Shown here: positions 39,916 to 50,871 of the stretch, piece after piece | Position numbering within the stretch: position 1 is the stretch's first letter | Layout: each line of letters begins with the position of its first letter | The notes under the pieces: generated by a model | What the model was told of the DNA's origin: nothing | The model's database searches: none | What the model saw: only the letters and a program-made list of their open reading frames with translations | DNA from: Candidatus Marinacidobacterales bacterium | GTDB lineage: Bacteria > Acidobacteriota > Vicinamibacteria > Marinacidobacterales > SMYC01 | Reading direction: 5' to 3' | Assembly (NCBI GenBank): GCA_965197495.1 | Contig: OZ240210.1 | Span: 2,126,092 to 2,190,091, forward strand | Length of the DNA stretch: 64,000 nt | Made by a program: the position numbers and the translations under genes

Positions 39916-42108
39916 GTGACCATGACAGAGCACGTGGAAATCAGCGGCCTAAGCGTCGACCGGACATTGGAAGAGCTCGTGCGCAAGGACATCGCGCCTG
40001 GCACCGGAGTCGATCCCGATACGTTCTGGAGCGCTCTCGGCGAAATCGTCCACGATCTCGCTCCACGCAACCGGGAGCTTTTGCAAGAACGTGATGAGCT
40101 ACAGAGGAGAGTCGACGCCTGGCACCGGGAGCACCGAGGGCAGTCGATCGACATGGGCGCATACGGGTCGTTCCTGACGGAGATCCGCTACCTCGTGGAG
40201 GAAGGCGAGGACTTTCGGGTCACGACCCAGAACGTCGATCGCGAGATTGCCCAGGTTGCCGGACCACAGCTCGTCGTACCCCTGGACAACCCGCGATACG
40301 CGCTGAATGCGGCGAACGCCCGGTGGGGCAGCCTCTACGACGCGCTGTATGGCACCGACGTCATTCCCGAGACCGGCGGCGCGGAAAAAGGCCAGAGCTA
40401 TAACCCTAGGCGCGGCCGACTGGTCGTCGCCGAAGTGGAAGCGTTTCTCGACGAGATCATCGGCCTGAAAGGCGCGCGCCACTCGGACGTCCGCGCCTTC
40501 GCGGTGAGGGAGCGAGGCGAGTCAAAAAAGCTCGTCGCGACCACACACGACGGCCACGGCAGTGGCCTCGTCGATGCCGAAAAGTTCGTCGGCTATAACG
40601 AGCGCGACGGCGAGCTCGTTGCCGTACTCTTCCAGAACAACGGGCTACACATCGAGATCCAGATCGACCGCAGCCATCCCGTCGGCCGCGACCACCCGGC
40701 GGGGGTGAAAGATGTCGTGCTCGAAGCGGCGATCACGACGATTCAGGACTGTGAGGACTCCGTGGCGGCAGTGGACGCGGCGGACAAGGCCACCGTCTAC
40801 CGAAACTGGACGGGCATTATGAAGGGTGACATCGAGGCAACCTTCCACAAAGGCGGACGGCAGCTGACTCGTCGCCTCGAGCCGGACCGAACGTATGTCG
40901 CTCCCGACGGCGGGTCGCTCACGCTTCCCGGCCGGAGCCTGCTTTTAGTCAGGAACGTTGGTATCCACATGTACACGGACGCGGTTAAAACCAATGACGG
41001 CGATAGTATTCCCGAGGGATTCCTGGATGCCATGGTCTCCGCTCTCGCCGCCGTTCATGATTTGAATGGCACGGCAAAGTACCGGAACAGCAAAACCGGC
41101 AGCGTCTATATCGTCAAGCCGAAGCTACATGGGCCTGGGGAAGTCGCAGCGACGGTCGAGCTCTTCCAGCGTGTGGAACAAGCTTTGGAGCTGCCCGAGA
41201 ACACGCTGAAGATCGGCATCATGGACGAAGAGCGCCGCACGACCGTCAACCTCAAAGAAGCGATCCGGGCCGCTCGCGAACGCGTCGTCTTCATCAACAC
41301 GGGCTTTCTCGATCGCACCGGGGACGAAATCCACACGTGCATGGAGTCCGGACCGATGCTCCCGAAGGCCGAAATCAAGAGCCACAAGTTTTTGCGGGCT
41401 TACGAAGATTGGAACGTCGACATCGGCCTCTTGACCGGCCTTCCTGGACGCGCCCAGATCGGAAAAGGCATGTGGACCATGCCGGACCGCATGAAGGAAA
41501 TGCTGGACACCAAGATAGTCCACCCTCGAGCGGGGGCGAGCACCGCATGGGTGCCGTCGCCCACCGCCGCGACGCTCCACGCCATCCACTACCACAAGGT
41601 GTGCGTGAGCGGTCGCCAACGGGAGTTGAGCTCCCGAGAGCGAAGTCGGCTCGAAGATATCGTGACGCCTCCACTACTCGATCGAGAGCTGACGGAGGAC
41701 GAGATTCAGCTCGAGCTCGACAACAACGCTCAAGGTGTCCTCGGCTACGTGGTGCGCTGGATCGACCAGGGAGTTGGGTGCTCCAAGGTGCCCGACGTCA
41801 ACGACGTCGGATTGATGGAGGACCGCGCGACGCTTCGGATCTCGAGCCAGCACATTGCGAACTGGCTCCATCACGGCGTCGTGACGGAGAAGCGAATCAG
41901 AACCACGTTCGAGAAGATGGCGTCCGTTGTCGATGCGCAGAACGCAGCTGAGCCAGGCTACCAGAACATGGCGCCCGGCTTCGACGACAGCGTCGCGTTT
42001 CAGGCCGCGCTCGACTTGATCTTCAAGGGGCGCGGCACGGCAAACGGCTACACGGAGCCTGTGCTGGCCGCACGAAGGCGACAAGCCAAAGCCGCCTCGG
42101 CGCAATGA
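39916..42108 (+). CDS. glcB: Malate synthase G
   Basis: The gene is 730 aa. It has the characteristic MSG N-terminus and internal regions (...[19 protein letters not shown]..., ...[17 protein letters not shown]..., ...[20 protein letters not shown]...). It has the typical monomeric G-type length. Confidence 0.9.
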   Translation: MTMTEHVEISGLSVDRTLEELVRKDIAPGTGVDPDTFWSALGEIVHDLAPRNRELLQERDELQRRVDAWHREHRGQSIDMGAYGSFLTEIRYLVEEGEDFRVTTQNVDREIAQVAGPQLVVPLDNPRYALNAANARWGSLYDALYGTDVIPETGGAEKGQSYNPRRGRLVVAEVEAFLDEIIGLKGARHSDVRAFAVRERGESKKLVATTHDGHGSGLVDAEKFVGYNERDGELVAVLFQNNGLHIEIQIDRSHPVGRDHPAGVKDVVLEAAITTIQDCEDSVAAVDAADKATVYRNWTGIMKGDIEATFHKGGRQLTRRLEPDRTYVAPDGGSLTLPGRSLLLVRNVGIHMYTDAVKTNDGDSIPEGFLDAMVSALAAVHDLNGTAKYRNSKTGSVYIVKPKLHGPGEVAATVELFQRVEQALELPENTLKIGIMDEERRTTVNLKEAIRAARERVVFINTGFLDRTGDEIHTCMESGPMLPKAEIKSHKFLRAYEDWNVDIGLLTGLPGRAQIGKGMWTMPDRMKEMLDTKIVHPRAGASTAWVPSPTAATLHAIHYHKVCVSGRQRELSSRERSRLEDIVTPPLLDRELTEDEIQLELDNNAQGVLGYVVRWIDQGVGCSKVPDVNDVGLMEDRATLRISSQHIANWLHHGVVTEKRIRTTFEKMASVVDAQNAAEPGYQNMAPGFDDSVAFQAALDLIFKGRGTANGYTEPVLAARRRQAKAASAQ

Positions 42109-42269
42109 GCGAGCGCTTTCCGCAAGAACGCAATCCATCGCTTGCCGGAGCCTGATCTCAATCGAGACAACGAGCGAGCTCCTAGCCAGCCTAGACCAGG
42201 CGAGGACATGTACGTGTTTGATTTCAAGGAAGGACGAGTTTTGACGAACGACACTCTCGGGTTCTGAGA

Positions 42270-42532
42270 TCCAGACGACGCTAGTTCGCAGTCACTTCGC
42301 GAACGCGTTCGGTCTCCTGCCGGAGGCGCTCGAGCAGCTCGTCGCCCCCTTCGAGACGAGAGGCCAGCTCTTCCCACACCCGGGGACGGACGATGGGCTC
42401 GAACGCATCGAGCGACGGCGAGAAACCACCACGCCCGCGGATTCCATCTCCATCGCGTCTCGCTTGAGCTCGCGGGCCACTTCCGACTGGTACGCGAGGG
42501 CCTCGGCAGCGGAGCGGTCCAGGCTCCGTTGC
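42270..42532 (-). repeat. Direct duplicate (263 bp) of the 3' end of dctP (original at 43440-43706)
   Basis: The near-identical sequence begins 13 bp downstream of the dctP stop and covers the last about 85 codons (...SLDAFEPIVRPRVWEELASRLEGGDELLERLRQETERVREVTAN). Homology ends abruptly at 42532, where IS-B sequence begins. Confidence 0.8.
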
Positions 42533-43202
42533 CTTCAAGCTGGACATTCGCGACGACAGCTTTAGCTTCGAAATCGACGACACAAAGGTCACTACGGAAG
42601 CTGCCCTTGACGGCATCTACGTGATCCGCACCAGTCTTGCTGAGCAGCGGATGAAAACCGACGACACAGTGCGCAGCTACAAGTTGCTGACCCAGGTCGA
42701 GAGGGCGTTTCGTTCCTTCAAGAGCATGGACCTAAAGGTGCGGCCGATTCGTCACCGGCGCGAAAACCGAGTCCGGGCGCACATCTTCTTGTGCATGCTG
42801 GCCTACTACGTCCTGTGGCACATGATGGAGGTTTGGCGCCCGCTAGTATTCTCTGACGAGGAGCAGCAGGCGAAGGCCGAGCGTGACCCCGTCGCTCCGG
42901 CGCAGCGCTCCGACGCAGCCCTGCGCAAGATACACACCAAGAAGCTTGACGATGGGAGACCAGCTTCCAGCTTCCGCACGCTGCTGCGCCTTCTCAGCAA
43001 CATCGTCCGAAACAAATGTCGGCGACCGGAAGCCGGACCCGACGAGCCCACCTTCGATGTCACGACAACTCCGGACTCGAAACAGCAGAGAGCCTACGAC
43101 TTGCTCAAAGGTATCACCGTGTAGACAGAAGCCAGCACCATTGATTCCATCTATCTTATTGGATCAACACCGGATCTTGGCTTTTTCAGCAAGGAACTTC
43201 AG
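42533..43202 (+). mobile_element. Partial third copy of IS-B: the last about 590 bp of its transposase gene plus the IS end, internally truncated
   Basis: The copy encodes ...KLDIRDDSFSFEIDDTKVTTEAALDGIYVIRTSLAEQRMKTDD...SFKSMDLKVRPIRHRRENRVRAHIFLCMLAYYVLWHM...KGITV. It continues through the IS-B terminus ...gcaaggaacttcag at 43202. The uninterrupted sequence across the IS-A insertion site is present. The orientation is opposite to the full IS-B at 14.7-18.9 kb. Confidence 0.8.
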
Positions 43203-43450
43203 TCTAACGCGGCCTAGCTGGCGTTGGTGCACGAATCTCTTCTTCAGGTACAAGCGCACGCTCGGAAACAGCCTTCGCGCGTGCGGCTACGAATCGCAGA
43301 AGCGGGAGGCAAGGATCGGGTGCAATGTTGAACCGGATGGCTGAGCTGGGCAAGCCTGAATCCCAAGCGATCGTCGGGGAGTAAGTTGGGCCGCCAAAAG
43401 GTTCCGTGAGTGTCCCGAACTGATTCATGCACCAACGCCTCCAGACGACG

Positions 43451-44470
43451 CTAGTTCGCAGTCACTTCGCGAACGCGTTCGGTCTCCTGCCGGAGGCGCT
43501 TGAGCAGCGCGTCGCCCCCTTCGAGACGAGAGGCCAGCTCTTCCCACACGCGGGGATGGACGATAAGCTCGAACGCATCGAGCGACGGGCGAGAAACCAC
43601 AACGCCCGCGGAGTCCATCTCCGCGATCGCGTCTCGCTCGAGCTCGCGGGCCACTTCCGACTGGTACGAGAGGGCCTCTGCAGCGGAGCGGTCCAAGCTC
43701 CGTTGCACGTCCTCCGGGAGGGAGCGATAGAAGCGCTCGTTCACGAGCAGCGTGATCGGGTTGTATGTGATAGAGGTGAAGCTGAAGTAGTTGCCCACCT
43801 CTGAAAAACGGTCGGTTACGAAGCCGATGACGTTCGCCTCGCCACCGTCGATGACGCCCTGCTGGAGAGCTGAGTACACCTCACCGTAGCTCATCGGCGT
43901 CGCCTGGACACCGAAGGCCTCGTAGGCGGAGAGATAGGTGGCATTCTGGAGCACGCGAAGTTTCAAGCCCACGAGATCGGAAGGCTCGTGGATGGGCCGC
44001 TTGCTGTTGTACACGTGCCGGAATCCGTAGTCGAGAAACCCGAGAGAGCGAACGCCGGTTCTCTCGAGAAGCTGCTTGCGCCACCAGTCTCCCAGAGGAC
44101 CGTTGAGCACCTGCAAACCCTCGTCGCGCGTCTCGAAAGCGAACGGGAGATCGAAAATCTGGCCTTCTGGCACCCAGCCGGAGAGCACCGGCGTTCCGGA
44201 GATGGCCATGTGCGTGGCACCCGCCTGAAGCTGCTCGAACGCCACCCGCTCCCCGCCGAGCTGAGCCGACGGGTAGATGATGACGCGGAATCTCCCGTTC
44301 GTTCTCTCCTCCATGAGATCGCGGATACGCTCGGCCATCAGCTGGTAGTCCGACGCGCTCGTGTAGACGTGCGTGAAACGCACGCGCCATATTTCTTCGG
44401 ACGCCTCGGGCCGGCAGGCGGCCTGAGCGAGCAAGCCGCCGAGCACGAGAGGAACGACTCGCTCGATCAA
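43451..44470 (-). CDS. dctP: TRAP transporter solute-binding protein
   Basis: The gene is 339 aa. It has an N-terminal signal/lipoprotein-like region and the DctP-family pattern (...IIYPSAQLGGERVAFEQLQAGATHMAISGT...). Confidence 0.85.
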   Translation of the reverse strand: MIERVVPLVLGGLLAQAACRPEASEEIWRVRFTHVYTSASDYQLMAERIRDLMEERTNGRFRVIIYPSAQLGGERVAFEQLQAGATHMAISGTPVLSGWVPEGQIFDLPFAFETRDEGLQVLNGPLGDWWRKQLLERTGVRSLGFLDYGFRHVYNSKRPIHEPSDLVGLKLRVLQNATYLSAYEAFGVQATPMSYGEVYSALQQGVIDGGEANVIGFVTDRFSEVGNYFSFTSITYNPITLLVNERFYRSLPEDVQRSLDRSAAEALSYQSEVARELERDAIAEMDSAGVVVSRPSLDAFELIVHPRVWEELASRLEGGDALLKRLRQETERVREVTAN

Positions 44471-45498
44471 CAGGCTAGCTCCTTGACGTGGGCCACCCAG
44501 AAGCAGTCGGCACCAGGCTCGGTGACGCCAGCGCTAGCGACGCGGAGAACGATCCCCGAAGCCGGTGCTCGCAGTTTCTCGACGACTCGAAGACCGTCCG
44601 CAACGTACCCCACCCGCTCTGCCTCTTCCACTCGATCCCCCGGCCCTTTCTTCAGGCGCAGGATTCCGCCGCGGTTGGGCCGCAGGATGGAGACCCGATC
44701 GAAGCGGAAGCGTGTTTCTGGCACGCGCGGATCGCCGGTCAGCATTCCCACCGCGCGCATCACGTTCAAGACACCGTCGACCGCCAGGGATACGAGATCA
44801 TCGCGAAGCCGTCCTCCCTCCCCGAGCTCCACGACGAGTGTCGGTACGCCGGCGAGGCGGGCCTGCTCGGCGAACGAGAATTCGAGACCGCGAAAGACGA
44901 CGTGCCGCCCCCGCTCCTTCGGCTTCATCTCGTAGATGAGCTCGGTTCCGAACGCTTCCGCCATGAGCTTTCGCTTCGCCAGCGTTTGATGCTCGTCGTC
45001 CAGCATCACCACTTGCGCGAAGGGGGCCTCGCTCGAACCGCTCATGCCGCCGTGAAAGTCGAGGCAGTAGTCGGCGGATGGAAGAATGCCGTCGAAGATC
45101 GCCCGCGCAATACGCGCGGTGAGCGGACCGTTCGCGTCCCCCGGACACACCCGGTTCATATCCATGGGGCCCCTTGCTTCGAAGGGCCAGCCTCGCTGCC
45201 GGCTCATGAAAGCGGGGGGATTCGCGATGGGAACCGAGACGAGAGTCCCCCGAATCTCGCGAGGACGAACCCGCCCGACGATCTGTCGCGCCGCCTCTAC
45301 CCCCACGATCTCGTCTCCGTGAAGGCCGCCCTGAACATACAGGGCCGGTCCGGGGGCTCCGGAGGCGACGAGGATCGGCAATGTGAGGGGCGAGCCGTCG
45401 GGCCACGTGGCCACCGTGACGCGGCGTCGCAGGACGGTACCGGCGCGCTCGCGCACGCCGAGAAAGCTTCTACGCGCCCCAGATCGTTTGGCCGGCAT
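44467..45498 (-). CDS. Succinylglutamate desuccinylase/aspartoacylase (AstE/AspA) family zinc hydrolase
   Basis: The sequence ...LYVQGGLHGDEIVGVEAARQI... is the family His-Glu zinc motif. The gene overlaps the dctP start by 4 bp. The true start may lie downstream of 45498, because the track ORF overlaps the SDR gene end by 29 bp. Confidence 0.75.
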   Translation of the reverse strand: MPAKRSGARRSFLGVRERAGTVLRRRVTVATWPDGSPLTLPILVASGAPGPALYVQGGLHGDEIVGVEAARQIVGRVRPREIRGTLVSVPIANPPAFMSRQRGWPFEARGPMDMNRVCPGDANGPLTARIARAIFDGILPSADYCLDFHGGMSGSSEAPFAQVVMLDDEHQTLAKRKLMAEAFGTELIYEMKPKERGRHVVFRGLEFSFAEQARLAGVPTLVVELGEGGRLRDDLVSLAVDGVLNVMRAVGMLTGDPRVPETRFRFDRVSILRPNRGGILRLKKGPGDRVEEAERVGYVADGLRVVEKLRAPASGIVLRVASAGVTEPGADCFWVAHVKELAC

Positions 45499-46240
45499 CG
45501 ATGAACACCGAAGCTCCGGTCACCAGTCGAGCTTCCTCGTTGCTGGCCAGAAACACCACAGCACCCACCACGTCTTCCGGGACACCAATCTCCTTCAGGG
45601 GAATTCGTGCGAGGCGGCGCTCGCGAAACCCGGGGTCGGCAATATCACTGCGATTGAGATCGGTCTCGATGAGACCGGGAGCGATGGCGTTGACTCTTAT
45701 GCGGTGCGGGGCCAGCTCCAAGGCCATTTGTTTGGTGAGCATCTCGATACCCGCCTTGGCCACGCAGTAGTGCGTCAAGTTGGGCGCCGCGATCGCCTGG
45801 CCTGCCGAGGACACGTTGATGACCGCTCCCGCGATCTCCCGATCGATCATGCGTCGGGCTACCGCCTGGCCGACGAGAAAGTAACCTCTCAAATTCGTTT
45901 CTAGCGTCCAGTCCCACTCTTCCTGAGAAATTTCCAGAAATGGCGTTCGCTTGAGAACGCCGGCGTTGTTCACCAGCAGATCGATACCACCCAGGAAATC
46001 GTCGGCCTCCTTGACCAGGCGGTTGACATCCTCGCTCGAATCCGTGCTCCCCTGTACCGCAGTGGCGCGCCGACCGAGCTCCTTCAATGAGCCGACGACC
46101 TCTTGGGCCGCGTCGCGACGTGTCTTGAAGTTCACGACCACGTCGGCGCCTTCGCGACCGAGCGCCAGCGCGATGCCGCGGCCGATGCTTCGGGACCCTC
46201 CAGTGACCAGCGCACGCCGGGCTTCAAGGCGCATACTCAT
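45470..46240 (-). CDS. SDR-family oxidoreductase (FabG-like)
   Basis: The sequence LVTGGSRSIGRGIALAL is the Rossmann TGxxxGxG motif. NNAGV and YCVAKAG are the catalytic YxxxK context. The gene is 256 aa. Confidence 0.85.
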   Translation of the reverse strand: MSMRLEARRALVTGGSRSIGRGIALALGREGADVVVNFKTRRDAAQEVVGSLKELGRRATAVQGSTDSSEDVNRLVKEADDFLGGIDLLVNNAGVLKRTPFLEISQEEWDWTLETNLRGYFLVGQAVARRMIDREIAGAVINVSSAGQAIAAPNLTHYCVAKAGIEMLTKQMALELAPHRIRVNAIAPGLIETDLNRSDIADPGFRERRLARIPLKEIGVPEDVVGAVVFLASNEEARLVTGASVFIDAGQTIWGA

Positions 46241-46335
46241 TCTCCTCAGATCGAATCCAGTTGACGGAGAATAGCGCCAAGCTCCGTCGGAAGCAAGCTC
46301 GGATTTCGAGCAGGCCCCGGTCGAGTTCTTAGAGG

Positions 46336-47874
46336 CTAACCGTCCCGAACGGCCCGCCAGCAGGTCATCCCAAATCTCTCTGCCTCGTCCGGGCAGCGAA
46401 TCCGACGGAAACGACCATTTAAAGACCTAAGGAGGAACTGATTTACCTCGGCGAGCAGGCGCGAGTGCGCAACCCAGAGAAGATCGGACGGTTGTAGTCT
46501 ATCGTGAAGAGCTTTGACCAAGTCTCGGGCGTCAGCCGCCATCAGACTTTGATCAGCGATCTCGTCTTCGTCTATCCAACCTCGGTGTTCGGCCGATGAT
46601 GTCGGATAGGAGAAGAAGGCAATGGGGCCTTTCTGCAGTCGGACGTAGTACTCCAGGGGATTGCGGGTGAATCCGGTGCAGAGCACCGCGTCAGAAGCGT
46701 TGGCATGCGTTCGGAGGATCCGCGCCTGCGCCGCAACTCCTTGAAGAGGTGGCTGCGAGTAATAGAAGAACAGCGCAGAGGCGGCGAGCCCCGCCGTGAG
46801 CGTTACGGCCGTCGCATAGGAAACGCCACTGAAGCTACGGGCGCCGCTGGCGCAGAGCAGAAGGAAAAGAGGTAATGCGATGACGTCATAACGAGCAACG
46901 ATGTAGATAGGTAGATAGAACGATACGAGAAAGGGGACGGCCAGGATGAGCATCATATTGACGGCGAAAACTCTGCCCACTCGACCGTCTTGTCCCGAAA
47001 GTGTCAGTCCCCGCAGCGTCAGGGTGCCAAAAAGTAGGTAGGCAAGAAGCTTCGGCCAAAGAGGCAGCGCGGCGGATCCGGTCGGCACGTAGGCTGGTAC
47101 TTCCCCTCCTATCGAGAACGCGGCGAATGATTTGACGAGGGCGAGAGCGGGCGGAGTCTGGCTCCAGATGCGCTCGACCCAGGAGGCCGCTCCCGTCTGG
47201 ATCTGGTGCCAGAGAAGTGGTGTCCATGGACTGTAGGCAAGCAGTATCGCGGTAACGCACCCTAGGCCGACACGAGCGGATAATTGTCGCCGAACGACAT
47301 AGAGCAACGGAGGGATCAGGAGGAAGAGTCCATAATTGTGGGTGTATAAGGCCAGCGCGGTGACAAAGCTGTAGAAGAGTCCCACATACGAAGATTTGGA
47401 TCGCTTCAACCACTCGAGGCATGACAGGGATCCGAGTGCGAGCAGGATGAACAGGGCGTAAGGCCGCACCTGTTGGCTATGATAGATGTGTAGCGGCGAG
47501 ACGGCGAGCAGAAGAGCTCCGAGCCAGGCAACGTCGGCGCTCCACAGTCGATGGCCGAGCCGGTACGTAAGGACGACCGCCGAAACCCCGCACAACACCG
47601 ACAGACCACGCAGTGCCGCCGGCCCTGAACCTGCCAAAGCTCTCCATAGACATAGCAGCAAATAGTAGAGCGGCGGCGACGAGTCGTTCTTCAGTTCCGC
47701 GAGAATTCCCGTCGGAGACGCACTGGCGACGAGCGCTGCAAAGGCTTCGTCGAACCAGAGCTCGTTCCTCTGCAGTCCGAGTAGGCGGAGTCCAAGGGCC
47801 AGGGCGAGCACGAGCCCAAGGGCAAAAAGCCCGCTGCGATCCGGTGGCGACGCCGAGTCGGGACGGCGAGCCAC
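46336..47874 (-). CDS. Polytopic membrane glycosyltransferase, GT39/GT83 (PMT/ArnT)-like
   Basis: The gene has about 12 predicted TM helices. The N-terminal LWFDEAFAALVA resembles the ArnT/PMT DE-motif region. The gene is 512 aa. Confidence 0.65.
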   Translation of the reverse strand: MARRPDSASPPDRSGLFALGLVLALALGLRLLGLQRNELWFDEAFAALVASASPTGILAELKNDSSPPLYYLLLCLWRALAGSGPAALRGLSVLCGVSAVVLTYRLGHRLWSADVAWLGALLLAVSPLHIYHSQQVRPYALFILLALGSLSCLEWLKRSKSSYVGLFYSFVTALALYTHNYGLFLLIPPLLYVVRRQLSARVGLGCVTAILLAYSPWTPLLWHQIQTGAASWVERIWSQTPPALALVKSFAAFSIGGEVPAYVPTGSAALPLWPKLLAYLLFGTLTLRGLTLSGQDGRVGRVFAVNMMLILAVPFLVSFYLPIYIVARYDVIALPLFLLLCASGARSFSGVSYATAVTLTAGLAASALFFYYSQPPLQGVAAQARILRTHANASDAVLCTGFTRNPLEYYVRLQKGPIAFFSYPTSSAEHRGWIDEDEIADQSLMAADARDLVKALHDRLQPSDLLWVAHSRLLAEVNQFLLRSLNGRFRRIRCPDEAERFGMTCWRAVRDG

Positions 47875-47880
47875 GCCGCG

Positions 47881-48960
47881 CTATTTCCCGAATAGCCGAC
47901 GCGCGAAGTCGGGGTCGTCTTTGAAATAGTGGCTGAACCGGTCCAAGGTGCCGGTCCGGTCTCGGATGACCTTCATCCGCATTTTCCAAAGCTGCTCGTA
48001 GCGCTGGTTTCGCGAGGCCGCTTCGCGAAACCACCGAAACGCCTCGTCCTTGTCGCCGAGCTGGTAGTGAACGAGGCCGAGCGCCTCGTAGGCGCGGGAC
48101 TCGTTGGGGTAACGGCCAACGAACTCCTTCGCAGCGGCAATCGCCTCGTCGGATCTCCCGTCGGCTGCAAGGCGTACGGCTTTTCCGTAGAGACGGTAAT
48201 CCTTCCGCTTCTGCCAAAGTCGATTGAGCTCACGAACCGGCTCTTCATGGTCCATGACGCGGAGGTCGATATAGTAGCTTAACGGAAACACGTCAGCACC
48301 GACGGTGGTACTGGCGTCCTCAGCCACGCCTTTACGGTAGATTCTCAACGCCGCGGACTGCTTACCCCGCGCGTCGCCGCCCACAGTATCTGCCTGGAGC
48401 AGTGCCGCCATGAGACGGTCAGCCAATTCGCCCTCGGTCGACTCGAAGGTGTCACCCATCGCGTCCGTCGTCTCCTTGCCGGTGAGCATGTTCCCCTGGG
48501 TCGTGTAATACTTCCCCTGGCGGTCGCCGGAATAGAAAGTACACTCGGGACCGGTGTGGGCGGCAACACGCCCTTTCGCGTCCACCGCGCCCATCTGCCG
48601 AAACTCCCGGCCGGCGTCCTTGGACATGAGCATCTCGAGGCTGTCGGCGGCCGAGAAGCCCAATTCCATTAGCTGAACGCCTTCGACGGCGGTCAAGAGG
48701 TTTTGCCCGGCAAACGAGTGCTGCATAGCGATCACTCCCACTCCGGCCTTGCCGTAAAACGACATGACGTTGAAGACGCGGGAGGCGATAGCAATACCGA
48801 CGTCACCGGTGTCCTGGTCGTAGCCGAGAATGGAGTAGGTGGTGATCAACTCGTCCGGCTCGGACGCGGGGGACGAGTTCTGCATGGCGTTTAATGACGT
48901 GGCGGCGAACAGGCTGAGGCCTGCAAGCGCGAGCAGTGTCCGTCTCGCTTTTCGAAACAT
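47881..48960 (-). CDS. Secreted DUF1028 (Ntn-hydrolase-fold) protein with C-terminal TPR repeats
   Basis: The likely start is MFRKARRTLLALAGLSLFAATS (signal). The sequence TYSILGYDQDTGDVGIAIASRV is the DUF1028 N-terminal nucleophile region. C-terminal TPR-like helices are present. Confidence 0.65.
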   Translation of the reverse strand: MFRKARRTLLALAGLSLFAATSLNAMQNSSPASEPDELITTYSILGYDQDTGDVGIAIASRVFNVMSFYGKAGVGVIAMQHSFAGQNLLTAVEGVQLMELGFSAADSLEMLMSKDAGREFRQMGAVDAKGRVAAHTGPECTFYSGDRQGKYYTTQGNMLTGKETTDAMGDTFESTEGELADRLMAALLQADTVGGDARGKQSAALRIYRKGVAEDASTTVGADVFPLSYYIDLRVMDHEEPVRELNRLWQKRKDYRLYGKAVRLAADGRSDEAIAAAKEFVGRYPNESRAYEALGLVHYQLGDKDEAFRWFREAASRNQRYEQLWKMRMKVIRDRTGTLDRFSHYFKDDPDFARRLFGK

Positions 48961-49016
48961 GAAATCCTCCTTGAGTTCAAAACAGGGATGTTCGATCGAT
49001 AGACGCATTAGGGCCC

Positions 49017-50291
49017 TTAATATCCGACGAGTCGCGGGAGAAAGAGCACGACTTCCGGGACGAAGGCGATGACGAGTGCAAAGGCGAATAAGAGTGCGAG
49101 ATAGGGAATGATTGGCCGGGCGACCTCCGCGGGGGAAACCTGGCCCACGGAGCAAGCGACCAGCAAGCTCACGCCGACCGGCGGCAGGAAAACCGAGATC
49201 CCCTGCGTCGCGACGATGACGGTGCCGTAGTGAACCGGGTCAATGCCCAGTTGTTTCGCGATGGGCAATAGAATCGGAGTTAGCATGACGACGGCCGGGA
49301 CCCCCTCCAAAATGGCGCCCAATGGTATGAAGACGAGAATCGTAAGAATGAGAAAACCCACCTCTCCCCCACCCAATTCAACCAGAGAGGCGGCCAGAAT
49401 TTGTGGCACTAGCTTCACCGCCAATGTCCATGAAAGGAGTTTTGCGGCGCCAACGACGAAGAGCACCATACCGGTGAGGACGGCCGTGCGGACGAGCTCA
49501 CCCCAGAGGTGACGTGGCGAGAGCTCTCGATAGAAAGCTCCAAGTAATAGGGCGTAGGCGACGGCAATTGCGGCCGCCTCGGTGGCAGTAAAAAGACCGA
49601 GGCGAATACCCCCAAGCACAATGACGACCAGCAACAGGGGGAGGGCGCCCGCTAATGCCGCCCGGGCCGTAGTACCCCAGGTTTCTCGAGGTCCGCGAGG
49701 CCAGCCTTGGCGTTTCGCCTGCCACCAGATTTGGCACATCAAACCGATAGCCATGAGCAAGCCGGGCACCAGACAGGCGGCAAATAGTTTTCCAATGGAG
49801 ACGTTCCCGATAACGCCGTAGATGACCATGACGATGCCGGGAGGAATCAAAATGCCCATGGCACACGCGGCGCCTACGATAGCGGTGGCACGTGCACGGC
49901 CGTATCCCTTTTCGACGAGCTGGGGGATCATGATGCCGCCAATCACCGCCGCTTGTGCCGAAGTGGACCCAGAAACACCCGCAAAGAATGTCTCCGCGAC
50001 GACCACCACCTGCCCGAGTCCGCCATGTAGATGGCCCACCAAGGAATAGGCCAACGTCACCAATCGTCGGCTGATGCCTCCTACATCCATGATGAAGCCG
50101 GCGAGAATGAACAGGGGGACCGCCAGCATGGGAAAGGAGTCCATGCCGGCCACAATTTGCTGCGGGATAATCACGAGGGGTAGTTCCTCGTCGAGAACAA
50201 AAGCGAAAGCGGCTGTTCCCACCAGTGCGAAGCCGATGGGGATGCTCAGCAGCACCAGCACGATGAAAGCGACCAGAAGAAGTACAGCCAT
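49017..50291 (-). CDS. dctM: TRAP transporter large permease
   Basis: The start is MAVLLLVAFIVLVLLSIPIGFALVG.... The gene is about 424 aa and multi-TM. Its start overlaps the dctQ stop (TGATG). Confidence 0.85.
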   Translation of the reverse strand: MAVLLLVAFIVLVLLSIPIGFALVGTAAFAFVLDEELPLVIIPQQIVAGMDSFPMLAVPLFILAGFIMDVGGISRRLVTLAYSLVGHLHGGLGQVVVVAETFFAGVSGSTSAQAAVIGGIMIPQLVEKGYGRARATAIVGAACAMGILIPPGIVMVIYGVIGNVSIGKLFAACLVPGLLMAIGLMCQIWWQAKRQGWPRGPRETWGTTARAALAGALPLLLVVIVLGGIRLGLFTATEAAAIAVAYALLLGAFYRELSPRHLWGELVRTAVLTGMVLFVVGAAKLLSWTLAVKLVPQILAASLVELGGGEVGFLILTILVFIPLGAILEGVPAVVMLTPILLPIAKQLGIDPVHYGTVIVATQGISVFLPPVGVSLLVACSVGQVSPAEVARPIIPYLALLFAFALVIAFVPEVVLFLPRLVGY

Positions 50292-50812
50292 CAGTGACTC
50301 TTCTCCTCTTGGCCCTCTTGGCCCTCCTGCTCGGCAAGCGTGCCGCCGAGACGGGCCGCCAAATGTAACAGCATGAGCATCCCGGCCACCGGTACCGAGG
50401 CGTATACCCACGCAAGCGGCAGATCCAACGCCGCTGAACGCTGGCCGTGGGCCAGATGCAACAGTCCAAAGCCCAGGATGATGAGGCCGAAAGCCGCGGC
50501 TGCGACGAACCCGGTGCCAAAGCGGTAGGCCCAGATTCGCGGACGACGAGGGAGCTTGGTTACCGCCAGATCGAACGCAAAATGACTCTGAGACTCCAAG
50601 GCGAGCGAGGCGCCCATCATGGATAGCCAGATGAAACAGAATCTCGATAGCTCTTCGCTCCAGGGATTTGGCCGCTCGAACAGATAACGCATGGTGACCT
50701 GAAGCAGCACCACCGCGAAGACCAAGAGCACGAGGCTTCCGGCAACTGCTTTCTCGACCGCAACCATGAAGCGGTTAACACGTCTCACGAACTGCAACAC
50801 TGGTGTTCTCCA
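50291..50812 (-). CDS. dctQ: TRAP transporter small permease
   Basis: The gene is about 170 aa with 4 TM helices (...LLVFAVVLLQVTMRYLF..., ...FCFIWLSMMGASLAL...). It is translationally coupled to dctM. The exact start is uncertain (within 50800-50830). Confidence 0.7.
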   Translation of the reverse strand, partial: WRTPVLQFVRRVNRFMVAVEKAVAGSLVLLVFAVVLLQVTMRYLFERPNPWSEELSRFCFIWLSMMGASLALESQSHFAFDLAVTKLPRRPRIWAYRFGTGFVAAAAFGLIILGFGLLHLAHGQRSAALDLPLAWVYASVPVAGMLMLLHLAARLGGTLAEQEGQEGQEEKSH

Positions 50813-50871
50813 CCTTCCATAAAGAGGTCGGGACCCCCAAGTCAAAGTCAAAGAGTTTATCAGTTCAGCGT

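Noticed and set aside
42281-42616. 111-aa minus-strand ORF as a real small gene
   Set aside because: It is a chimera. Its C-terminal 45 residues are the duplicated dctP terminus and its N-terminus reads antisense through the IS-B fragment.
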